The position numbers were made by a program, and so were the translations under genes. From Hemiscyllium ocellatum (Eukaryota): DNA of 64,000 nt. The notes beneath the pieces are model-generated. The model was not told where the DNA came from, searched no databases, and worked only from the letters and a program-made list of their open reading frames with translations. The stretch covers positions 124,001 through 188,000 of the forward strand of contig NW_026867526.1 in NCBI RefSeq assembly GCF_020745735.1, written 5' to 3'. Below are positions 48,062-60,319 of this stretch, in pieces; the first letter of the stretch is position 1, and each line of letters starts with the position of its first letter.

Positions 48062-50950
48062 AATTACAGAACATAGAACATAGAAACGTACAGCATGGAA
48101 CAGGCCCTTCAGCTTATGATGTTGTGCCAAGGATTAGAACATAGAACATTACTTTGCAGTCCAGGCCCTTCGGCCCTCAATGTTGTACCGACCTGTCATA
48201 CCAATCTGAAGCCCATCTAACCTATACTATTCCATGTACGTCCATATGCTTGTCCAATGACGACTTAAATGTACTTAACGTTGGCGAATCTACTATCGTT
48301 GCAGGCAAAGCATTCCATCCCCTTCCTACTCTCTGAGTAAAGAGACTACCTCTGACATCTGTCCTATATCTATCACTCCTAAAGATAAAGCTATGCCCCC
48401 TCGTACTCACCATCACCATACTTGGAAAAAGGTTCTCCCTTCCACCCTGCCTAACCCTCTGATTATCTTATATGTCTCTATTAAGTCACCTCTCAACCTT
48501 CTTCTCTCTAACGAAAACAGCCTCAAGTCCCTCAGCCTTTCCTCGTAAGACTTGGGGCGGCACGGTGGCACAGTGGTTAGCTCTGCTGTCTCACAGCGCC
48601 TGAGACTCGGGTTCAATTCCCGACTCAGGGACTGAATGTATGGAGTTTGCACGTTCTCCCTGTGTCTGCGTGGGTTTCCTCCGGGTGCTCCGGTTTCCTC
48701 CCACAGTCCAAAGATGCGCGGGTCAGGTGAATTGGCCATGCTAAATTGCCAGTAGTGTTCGGTAAGGGGTAAACGTAGGGGTATGGGTGGGTTGCGCTTC
48801 GGCGAGTCGTTGTGGACTAGTTGGGCCGAAGGGCCTGTTTCCACACTGTAAGTAATCTAATCTAATCTAATCTAAAAACCTTCCCTCCATACCAGGCAAC
48901 ATCCGAGTAAATCTGCTCTGCACCCTTTCCAAAGCTTCCACATCTGTCTTATAATGTGGTGACCAGAACTGTCAAGTGCAGCCACACCAGAGTTTTGTAC
49001 AGCTGTAGCATAACCCCATGGTTCCAGAACTCGATCCCTCTATTAATAAAAACTAAAACACTGTATGCCTTCTTAACAACCTGTCAACCTGGGTGGCAAC
49101 TTTCAAGGATCTGTGCACCTGGACACCGAGGTCTCTCTGCTCATCTACACTACCAAGAATCTTACCATTATTCCAGTACTTTGCATTCCGGTTACTCTGA
49201 CCAAAGTGAATCACCTCAGACTTGTCCACATTAAACTCCATTTGCCACCTCTCTGCCCAGCTCTGCAGCTTATCTATGCCTCTCTGTAACTACAACATCC
49301 TTCGTCACTGTCCACAACTCCACTGACCTTAGTGTCATCTGCAAATTTACTAACCCACCCTTCTACACCCTCATCCAGGTCGTTTATAAAAATGACAAAC
49401 AGCAGTGGACCCAACAGCAACCCTTGCAGTACATCACTGGTAACTGGACTCCAGGATGAACATTTCCCAACAACCACCACCTTCTGTCTTCCTTCAGTAA
49501 GCCAATTACTGATCCAAACTGCTAAATCTCCCACAATCCCATTCCTCTGCATTTTGTACAATAGCCTCCTGTGGGAAACCTTATCAAATGCCTTGCTGAA
49601 ATCTATATACACCACATCAACCGATTTACTCTCATCTACCTGTTTGGTCACCTTCTCAAAGAACTCAATAAGATTTGTGAGGCACGACCTACCCTTCACA
49701 AAACCGTGCAGACTATCCCTAATCAAATTATTCTTTTCTAGATGAGTATAAATCTTATCTCTTATAAACTTTTCGAACAACTGAAGTAAGGCTCACTGGT
49801 CTATAATTACTAGGGTTGACTCTACTCCCCTTCTTGAACAGGAGAACCACATTTGCTATCCTCCAGTCTTCTGGCACTATTTCTGTAGACAATGACGATT
49901 ACAAGATCAATGCCAAAGGCTCGGTAATCTCCTCCCTGGCTTCCCAGAGGATCCTAGGATAAATCCCATCAGGCCCAGTAGACTTATCTATTTTCACATT
50001 CTGCAGGATTTCTAATACCTCTTCCTTGTGAACCTCAATCCCAACTAGTCTAGTAGCCTGTATCTCAGTAATCTCCTCGACAACACTGTCATTTTCTAGA
50101 GTGAATACTGTCGAAAAATATTCATTCAGTGCTTTCCCTATCTCCTCTGACTCCACACACAACTTCCCAGTCCGATCCTTGATTGGCCCTAATCTTCCTC
50201 TCGTCATTCTTTTCTTCCTTAAATACCTATAGAAAGCCTTAGGGTTACCATGATCCTATCCACCAAGAACTTCTCATGTCTCCACCTGGCTCTGTCGAGC
50301 TCTCTCTTTAGGTCTTTCCTGTCTACCATGTAACCCTCAAGTGCCCTACCTGAGCCTTCACATCTCATCCTAACTTAAGCCTTCTCCTTCCTCTTGACCA
50401 GAGATTCCACTTCCTTTGTAAACCACGGCTCTTGCGCTCTACAGCTTCCTCCCTGCCTGACAGGTATATACTTATCTAGGACACACAGGAGCTTTTCCTT
50501 GAATAAGCTCCACATTTCTTATGTGCCCATCCCCTGCAGTTTCCTTCCCCATCCTATGCTTCCTAAACCTTGCCTAATCGCATTGTAATTGCCTTTCCCC
50601 CAGCTGTAACTCTTGCCCAGTGGTATACATCTATCCCTTTCTATCACTAAAGTAAACATAACAGAATTGTGATCGCTATCACCAAAGTGCTCACCTCCTT
50701 CCAAGTCTAACACCTGGCCGGGCTCATTACCCAGGACCAAATCTAATATGTCTTCACCCCTTATTGGCCTGTCTACATACTGTGTCAGGAAGCCCTCCTG
50801 CACACACTGGACAAAAACTGACCCATCTATAGTCCTGGTATTTTTGTGTTTCCAGCCAATATTTGGAAAGTTGAAGTGCCCCATGACAACTCCCTGTCTC
50901 TCTCACTCCTATCGAGAATCATCTTTGCTATCCTTTCCTCTACATCTCTG
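48062..50950 (-). mobile_element. CR1 LINE ORF2 (endonuclease-RT-3' tail), decayed
   Basis: Endonuclease MGHFNFPNI...FLTQYVDRPIRG..ILDLVLGN..SDHN (50519-50884), [35 protein letters not shown] (49274-49780), and tail at 48062-48150. Confidence 0.93.
48555..48874 (+). mobile_element. V-SINE inserted within the CR1
   Basis: GGGCGGCACGGTGGCACAGTGG head, B-box, core and (taatc)n tail; CR1 sequence resumes on both sides. Confidence 0.9.
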
Positions 50951-53839
50951 GAACTATTCAGAAGGATGGGCTATCAATGCTGGCCAAGCCAGTGACACTC
51001 ACATCACATAAAATGAATATTAAAAAAAAGAATGCCTGCAAGATTAAAACAGCTCCACACTGTCCGAACTGCCATCTCTGCCTCTTCTTATTGAGGAAGA
51101 CAAAAGAATCTCACCTTGCCTTTCCCATGCTCACCTTTCTCACCAAAGCCCAGTATTCACCCCGGCCCTCACTTATACCAACCAGCAGCACTGCCACCAC
51201 CAACACAGCAGCCCCTCTCAAAATGTCTTGTCAGTAAATTTTTATTAACTGCTTACTTCAATTACAATGCAATCTCTACAATCAGACTCAGTACCATTTA
51301 GGGGACAATCAATTTTCTAACAGATTTTCTCAATCTCTCTCCTTTTTTGGTTAGAGGGAGGGAGGGAGGGAGGTGGAAACACGACAGTGATGTAAGATAT
51401 ATGTACAACAGTGAGACAGGAATGCGAGGATGGCTCATGTTGACTCTCAGACACAGCAGAGTGAAGCAACACATTTACTGCATAATAAACATAACATTTC
51501 ATCCCCACTCACACCCGGCCTGACAGAAATAAAATGTGGATCGGTTGGACAGGCTGGGTTTGTTTCAGCTGGAGTTTGGGAGAGTGAGGGGTGACATCAC
51601 TGAAGTGTCTAAGATCCTGAATGGTTTGATAAGGAGGATGTGGAAAGGAAGGTTCCTCTTGTGGGCCATTCCTGAACGAGAGGGAGCTGCTTTAAAATTG
51701 TGTTCACCCTTTCAGGACAGAGATGAGGAGACTTGTTTCCAATCAGAGGGCAGTGCAACTTTGGACCTCTCTGCCCCAGAAGGTGGGCTCACTGAGTATT
51801 TTAAGACACAGGTTGATAGATTCTCATTAAGGGATGTTGGGGGGAGATGGAATACAAATCACAAACAGATCAGGCCTGGTCTTATTGAACGATGGAGCCG
51901 GCTCGAGGGGCCGAATGGTCACCTTGTGCTTCTTTCCCACATGATCCAAGGACTGAGTGCTTTGTTTAAAATTCATTCACTGGGATGTAGGTGCCACTGG
52001 CTGTGGGCAGCATTTATTACCCAGAGGGCAGGTAAGAGCCAACCACATTGGTGTGAGTCCGGAGTCACATGCAGGCCAGATCAAGTAAGGATGGCAGCTT
52101 CCTTCCCTAAAGGGCATCAGTGACTCAGATGGGTTTTTCCTGACAACTGAGAATAATTTCATCAATAGGCTTATAATTCTAGATTTGTATTGAATTCAAA
52201 TTCCACATCTGTCGTGATGGGATTCGAATCAGGGTCCCCAGAATATTACCTGGAGCTCTGGATTAACAGTTCGGCAACGATCCCACAGGGCTGTTACCGA
52301 GCTACAAAGGGACAGTGTTAACGGTGGGAACGAAAACCTTGATCAATCAGGTAGAAATGAAGGAGAGCCGATAGAATGGAGGAGAATTGAAGGGAATGGG
52401 GGAAGGGAATTACCAAGTTTAGGTTCAAGGCAGCTGAAACTAAAGCCATCAACAGGGAGGAGAATAAAATAAGAACCTGTCAAGCAGCTGGAATTGGATA
52501 AGTGCGGATCCCTCAGGGAGGTGTGGGACTACGCAGGGAGGGCAGGGTGAAGGCACGGGTAGGTTTAAAAGCAGTGAACCAAATTTTGAAATTTTCTTCA
52601 TGAACATAATATAGATCAGGTTAAAACTGAAATAGGTGTCTGACACAACTTGCTGCAAGGACACAGACAATAGAATCTGAGGGGATCATGAGAATATGGA
52701 GGTAGAATGTGGGAGACAAGCTGGGACTGTATTGGAGTAGTCATGGTGAGAGGGAACAAATGCTGGATGGAGAGGTTCAGCAGCTGATGGACTGACACTG
52801 AGGTGAGCCATCAGAAACTGAGCAAGTGACCACCATCTAATAGGACAGAGATACTGATCCATCAGCCTGAAGCTAACTGACCACGTGGCTGTCAGTGACT
52901 CCAACACAAGTGAATGGAAACATTGCTCAGAGCCTGTTTCTGTAACATTCAACACAACCACAAAATAAAAAAAGTGAATAATTAGCTGCAAACAAGGCCA
53001 CTGCTCTTTTAGAGTCAAAACCATTCAATGTTCAGTTAGTGAACATTATTGACTCTCAGAATATTCTAACCTGCAGAATCACAGTAAAAGGGGAAAATAA
53101 ACAACATTCTTGGCAAAGACATAATGAACCAACTGCTTGTATAAAAACAGCTCAGAACAAAGGGGCTGAATCCTCCACAAACTGACAAACACAGATACCA
53201 TCAGATTTATACAGAGAGATTGGAATTCTTTAGAAAAACCCTTCCCTGTTGATGGTGTGTGGGAGAAACCATTCTCAGTGAGAACTGCCACTTCATTTCC
53301 TTTGAAAAGAATCTCTGTTTCCCCTCAGAAAGGCAGGTGTGTCGCTCACTTACAGACTGACTTACAGACAAAGGAAACCTGAACTGAGACTCGTAGGTTA
53401 ATTAAGCTATCAGTGACAGTCCATTACACACAACAAGAGCTTAGACCACAACAGGTTCTAGTGAAACCAACCAATAAAAAAGGTGAACTAGTCTTTATAA
53501 TCATGCAGCCTCTCTCAATCAAATAACCCCAGTCAACTTCTAAACATTTTAAAACTATTAATACCAATGTCTACATATTTATTTCCATTCCTAATTTCCT
53601 CCAAAAAATATATCTGGTTATTCTCTTTAAAATATATTTTAAATGGTCAGTTCATAATCACAATTCATTTCCAATTATTCTTAGTGCAAAGAAATGTGCA
53701 AACTAAAGTAGTTCTCAAGTCAGTAATGACACTGGGAACATTGTTCTGTAGTTCAACCATGTTTCAAGTCAAACCAAATTCACACCTTGTTCTGTGTTAT
53801 TCCAGGAATGATGGAACGTGTTACATTATTATGAGAAAC

Positions 53840-56800
53840 AGGAACAAGTGAAGGTGGTGGCTCTCAGACGTGAGGCCTTAAAGCCAAAGGGCCAGGTGGT
53901 AGTTACAGTGGGGGAGGTACCTAGTGCCCCGCTCTCCTCAGTAGGCAGTGAGGACGGTGACACTGACTGGAACAGGTTAGACGACAAAGCACCCACGTGT
54001 GGTCAGATGGATGGCAATGGGTGGGATGACCCACCGCCCTGTCAGGCCCAGAAGGCAGTGTCTCTGGCACCGCTGGGCATCAAAGCTCAAACTTGGACAG
54101 ACAGTAGGGAGTAACAAAGGGAACTGACAGAAACTAAACCTGAACCGTATACCCGGCTGAACGACAGATGTTGGTGAATGACCACCCAGCCTGATGGAGA
54201 AATGGTAATAATGGGCCTTATTGGGAGAATATGGATGAATTAGTTGAGGTACACAGTCTCACCAGAGATGATGTCAGGCCAAGATCTTTCAAGCCAAGAT
54301 GCCCTGATGTGTACAGCAGAACCTGTCCCTACAATGAGAGGGTGGGGGTGTGAGCCAGTTCCCCCCAGTGCACAGCCGATCAGTGCCTCCAGGCATTTAC
54401 AGATATTGCAGAGAAACACTGGGGAGGGGACAGGCTAAATAGGCTAAAATAACCTTGGTGACTCAGGGACCCAAGGGTAATATTGAGGATCATACAGAGA
54501 GGAAGCCTGAGGTGTGTAAGGACCATGGGGAATTACCAAACCCCAACCTGTGATGATGAAATAGGTTTGATGTATTTTAAAGATGACATGGGACCCTATT
54601 TAACTGTAATTATAAACATGGGACTCCCAGTGGGAGATAATTCTAACCACACTCTGAATTGGGCCATGACAACTGAGGCAAACTCAGAAACACAGGGGAA
54701 TAGCTGCAGTACAGGGAGGGGAACCAGATCCACAATGTTACAAGGGAAGCAGGAAAGGGCACATAGCCAAGGGACATAGCCAGAGAGAGGGAGATAAATG
54801 TTCACATTGTGTGTGGCCTGTGTTCACGTCTGCACATGCATAGCCCAGGAACGTTTCTTGATGTGCTGTTTGGGACCAACAGCACATGATGTTAATACAG
54901 GAGCATCCACGTCAGTTACGGATATGGATCTACCCCTAATCCCCGCAAATATAAAAAGGGAGCAGTCGGAAGGGGAACCGAGGAAGCTAGATGAAGCGAA
55001 CCTGTCCCGATGCAGATCACGGATATGACAAAATGTATTCAGATATGGGAGTGTGAAACTGAGGAAGGGACCACTCTGGGAGTTACCATTTTAGAACAGT
55101 TAGAAGCAATTATTGATGTTGGGACCCGAAATATAACATGGGGACGCTCCGGCCAGGACTGAGATAGGAAGGAAAGGAGAGGTGACATCTCCAGAGTAGT
55201 TGCATTGCAGGGAGACTGGGACAGTCAGGGAATCTGGGGAGTTATAGTTAGGACCCTCTCAGCGGTGTGGGTAACTCAAACAGGAATGTGCGTTATTATC
55301 TGTAGGTCCTGTAAAGATAGAGGGCCCTCTCACTCCCCGTACAAACAGGATCCCATTAAAGCTGGGGCTGAGGAGGCAGTAAATGTGACAGTGATAGATT
55401 GAGAGAAGCAGGGAATAGTCAGACCGATAGTATCCCGGACTAATTCACGGAATCCGGATGGTTCATCCCACCTCACTATTGATTGTACCTCCCTGCCAAT
55501 AAAGAATAACCTACAATAGCCAACCTCGCCGCGATATTTAATGGATTGAAATCACAACAGGATGCAGTCTCAGCTCTTGATATTGTGAATGGGTTCCAAT
55601 CCGTACCTGTGTACCCAGAATGCCAGAATAAGCTGGTGTTTACTGTCGAAGGAAAACAGTACACCTGGATCCAGTTCCCTCAAGGATCCCTCAATATTCC
55701 AGTATATCCCACCGATGTACGGCTGATGGAGTTAGTCACATTGATCTTACCAACACCTCATTACCTCAGTCAGTGAGAAGGAACATATCTGGATATTAAA
55801 CAGACGATTGGGTCAGGTCAGCCAGGACGGACTTAAAATTAACCCACAGAGAGTGCAACTGGGAAGGTAGGGAGAGACGTACCTGGGAGATCATATCAGG
55901 GAGATCACATCAGGAAGGGAGAGGGGAGAGTCCCAGCAGAATGAAAGACCATGATCTTAAATCTATCCATGTGCACACACTGTGAAGGGGTTAAGGTAAA
56001 CTTTCGGATTGTTTAATTATTGGAGGACTTATGTGGAGAATTATCCAGAAATAGTAGAACCATCACAAGCCCTGACAGAAGCACTGACATTAGCCAGGGG
56101 TCAGGGAGTCAGCATATGCACAGACAGTCAGCATGCCTTTGGTATTGTTGATGGCCATGTGTTGGCCTGGGCTCGGTGAGGGTACATCACCCTGTCTGGG
56201 GCCACATAGAGCATGAGGAACAGGTCAGAGAGTTAGTGGAAGCTGCTCACTTTCCCAGTGAAGCAGCAATAATGAAGATTAGAGCTCACAGGAAAGTAGA
56301 AACTGCACAACAATGGGGCAGTGAGTATGTGAGTAAGGCAGGTGAAATACTGACTGAAACAGTGCAGACATTTGGGGAAGTGGCAGTCGCTCCAGAAGCG
56401 AGAAAGGAAAGTTGAAGACATTCCCAGAAATAGCCCCACAACAGGAGAAAGAGGAATGGGAAAAAGGGTGGGGTAGTAATAGGACAAGACAGAGTCTGGA
56501 TGATCCAGCAGTGCCACCACACTGTATAAGACAAACATTATTAAAAATATATCATGGGCAGGTCCATCTTGGGCAGGATACAATGCAATATCAGATGACC
56601 CACTCCAGGGGTGGCCTGGAACAGGGAGAGATACAGCAAGGTTTTGTCGAAGGGGTGTAGTCTGTGCACAATGTGAGCCAGGGAAAACAATCAGGACAAA
56701 ATGGAGGCAGCAGCAGGGACCCAGGGGCCCATGGGAACAATTATGGATGGATTTTACACATACCCCCATCCCAATCCCAGGGAAAGAAATCCTGCTGGGT

Positions 56801-57490
56801 CTTAATAAGCAGGTTTACTCAGTGGGTGGAAGCATTCCCCTGCAGATTCTGACCAAGGGACACATGTTACAGGGAACGTAGTTAAACAGCTATGTGCCCT
56901 GTTTGGTACTGAACAGAAATCCCATCCCCCATCCCATCCCCAGAGCTCAGGGACAGCAGAAGGAATGAAGCAGACACTGACAGCTAGTCTGATTAAGGCC
57001 CTGACAGAGACAGCCAGGGATGGGTTAGAGTACTCCCCACCAACCGAATGAAACTGAGGTCAACCCCAGCAAAGGGAATGGGGCAGTTCCCCTTTGAATT
57101 AGTGACTGGACGGACTATACAGCTGCCAGAGGGTGTGGTAGTGGGAGGGCTGGAGATGTGCAATGGCAAGGAGAGAGTTTGTGAAAGAACTGGCAAAGCA
57201 ACTGCATGAGCTGAGAGGGGAATTTGCAGAAGGATAGAGAATCAGAAATTGGGAAAGGGAGCTCATAAACATCCCAGCTGACATCCTGAACCCAGGGGAT
57301 CGGGTCAGGGGGAAAATATTCCTGGAACGGATGAAGGAAGTACATCAAAATGCTGGACTTGGCTGGGGGAGCCATAGCGTTCCAGAGAGGGAACTCTCCC
57401 ATCATGCATTAGTAAGGAGCTCTGAATAAACATTGGTCGTGCTGCTCAACACAGAACTCAAGGCTCCTCTTCGATATTTCTCCCAGCAAC
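53840..57490 (+). mobile_element. Decayed endogenous retrovirus-like element (gag-pro-RT-RNaseH-IN)
   Basis: Gag PSAP (53920-53931); protease VNTGASTSV (~54890); RT KQDPI...KQGIVRPIVSRTNS..PDGS..LTID and LDIVNGFQSVP..PE..FTVEGKQYTW..PQG (55340-55700); RNase H ALTEALTLARGQGVSICTDSQHAFG (56069-); integrase H..H..VVCAQ, GPWEQLWMDFTHTP (56726-), FTQWVEAFP, LRSTP..FPFELVTGR. AATAAA...CAACA end at ~57425-57490. Confidence 0.88.
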
Positions 57491-57499
57491 AGCTGTGCA

Positions 57500-58600
57500 G
57501 GGGCATGTTGCTGGCTGGAGGGCTGTGGCCAGTACCTCTGTTCCACAAGGAGCAGAACTGGGACATCTGCTGTTTGCAACATTTATCAATGATTAGCCTG
57601 AAAGTGTAAACAATTTAATTAGCAAGTTTGTAGATGGCACAAAGTGAGGAAGTTGTGAATCATGAAGTATGTTGTTAAAGGAAACATCAAGGACGAGATC
57701 AGTTGGAAAGTTATGCGGATAGATTTTAATTCAGACAAGTGTGAGGTGATGCATTTTGGGAGGCTCATTGTAAGAGGAATGTATACACTAAATGGAAGGG
57801 CCCGAAGCAGCTTTGATAGAGAGAGAGATCTTCAGGTGCAAGTTCACAGCTCCCTGAAAGTGGTGAAGGAGGTGGATGGCAGGCTTGTGAGGAGACTGAA
57901 TATAAAACTGCAGTTAGGCCACCTTTGTGTTGTTTTGATCACCGCATTATAAGGAGGATGTGGAGGCTTTGGAGAGGGTGAAAACAGGTTTTCCAGGACA
58001 TTGCCTGGATTGGGAGAGGCTGGAAAAACTTGAATTGATGTCTTGGGAAAGTCGGTGGCTGCTGGGTGACCCGACAGGCACAGATAGAGTGAATAATCTG
58101 AATCTCTTTTCCAAGGTGGAAATGACAAATTCCAGAGTTAAGGGGAGAGGGAGCAAGTTTAAAGAAAATAAAAACTGGAAGAACAGCAGATGCTGTAAAT
58201 CAGAAACAAAAACAGAAGTTTCTGGAAATGCTGAGCAGGTATGGCAGCGTCTGTGAAGAGAAATCAGAGTTCATGTTTCTGAGGATGGACCCGAAACATT
58301 CACGTATTTTTTTCTTCACAGATGCTGCAAGACCTGCTGAGCATTTCCAACAACATGTGAACTTTTAAAGGGAGTTGTGTCAGGCAATTTTCTTATGCAA
58401 AAGGTGGTAGATGACCAGAATGCACTCTCCTGGGAGGTGTCAAAAGCAGAAACAATCACAACATTTAAGAGGTATTTGGACACTCACATAAGCAGGCGTG
58501 GGTTGGCAGGGATATGGATGATGTACAGGCAGATGGAATTAGTTTGGAATGGCATCATGGTTCACACACACATGGTGGGACGATTATTCTGGTGCTGTAC
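57500..58600 (+). mobile_element. Decayed CR1 RT/3' fragment (first copy of a local duplication)
   Basis: VPQG.ELG, FNSDKCEVMHFGR remnants. Shares private changes with 59710-60120. Confidence 0.75.
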
Positions 58601-60319
58601 TGGTCTGTTTTCCAGGGGGTAGAATGTGTGGAGCGAGCGTTAATATTTTTTTAGAACACACAGTAAGTTGATGCATTTTGAGAGAAGGAATGTAGAAAGG
58701 GGGTATATATTTGAACGGCACAGACACAAAGAATAAAGACTGAGGGACTGGGGGACAATGTGTACAAACCTTTAAAGGAGAGAGGACATAATCAATGAGC
58801 TTTGATCAAAACATATGGGACCCTGGGCTTCATTAATAAAGGGAATGAGAACAAATTCATGGAAACAATTTCTTGGACTGGTTAGGTCACAGTCAATCAT
58901 TATATTCAATTCTGGTCAATAGATTCCTGGTCAGGAAGGATATGAGGGATCTTCAGAGTGTGGAGTACAGACTTAGTGGAGTGGTTCACTGATGAAGAAA
59001 ATGCAGTCACTGGATTGATTTCGAAAAATTGTAATTTTCTTTGAAGAAATCAAGTTGAATATATTTTTATTGATTAAAATGGATAAGAGTATGAACAGAT
59101 CTAGATAGAACAGACAATTTCAAAAAACTGTATTCGATTGGGGACGGCACAAGATTTAAGATCAGCTGTAACGTTTTGAGAAAGTGGGAGATGAGCAAGT
59201 GTTCCCACTGACTGTATTGGCTGGAAATATGCAGAACATGCTGCCTGTAATAGTGGTGAAATTAGAGATGATCAATGATTAAAGAATACAATTATATCAC
59301 ATCAGAGGGAAATAAACTTGCAGGGTTTTGGAGACAGATGGACAACGAGAATATGGGATTCTGCACAGAGAGCCAGCTTGGATTTGATGGGCCCCTTTTT
59401 GTGCCATAATGCATTTTTTTTTGTACTTACTTAACTTATTCTAGTTACTTGTCTTCAGGGGTTAAATTATCATTAAAGTAAATCTGCTCTGTGCTCATAC
59501 TCAGACCAATACAAGTTATCCTTCCACAGCAGGAGATAATGTTTACTGCTTTATACTTGCTTCTGGGGGAGTCCCCAGGTAGGGTACACAGAACTGAACA
59601 CCTATTCCAGGGTGTTTTTACCAGGATTGTGAATATCGTGTACATCCAGTGCCACACCAATACCCGAAATGCTTTCCGACTGACTGACTAAATGAAATAT
59701 GTTCCTTCTACAGCACGTTGCTAGCTGGAGGTCTGTGGCCTGTGTTGTTCCACAAGGATCAGAACTGGGACATCTATTGTCTGTTAAATATATTAATGAT
59801 TAGCATGGAAATGTAAACAATTTAATTAGCAAGTTTCTAGATGGTACAAATTGATGAAGTCGTGAATCATGAAGAATGTTGTCAAAGGATGCAGCAAGAA
59901 AGAGATCAGTTGGAAAACCCATACGGAGACAAATTTTAATCCAGACAAGTGTGAGGTGATGTATTTTGGGAGACTCATTGCAAGAGGAATGTATTCACGA
60001 AACCGAAGGGCTCTCAGCAGCATTGATGAACACAGGGAACTTCAGCGGCAAGTTCACAGCTCCCTGAAAGTGGTGAAGGATCTGTATGGCATACTTGCCT
60101 TCTTTTGTCAGGGGACTGAAGATAAAACTGTCAGACCCCTGACAAACATCCAAGTCTTTCCAACCTCTCCAAATCCAGGCAACATCCTGGTAAACCTGTT
60201 TTCACGCTGTCCAAAGCCTCCAAATCCTCCTTTTTATGGTGATCAAAACAGCACACAATACTCAAAAAGTGGCCTAATTATAGTTTTATCCATTTTTAAT
60301 ATATTCAGTCCCTTGCGCG

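Noticed and set aside
41693-48083. Many 60-250 aa Cys/His-rich ORFs (CTVRGSVLRE..., HCQRVSTEG...)
   Set aside because: These are translations of the 33-bp satellite (11-codon period) in several frames at once, with no real domain spacing.
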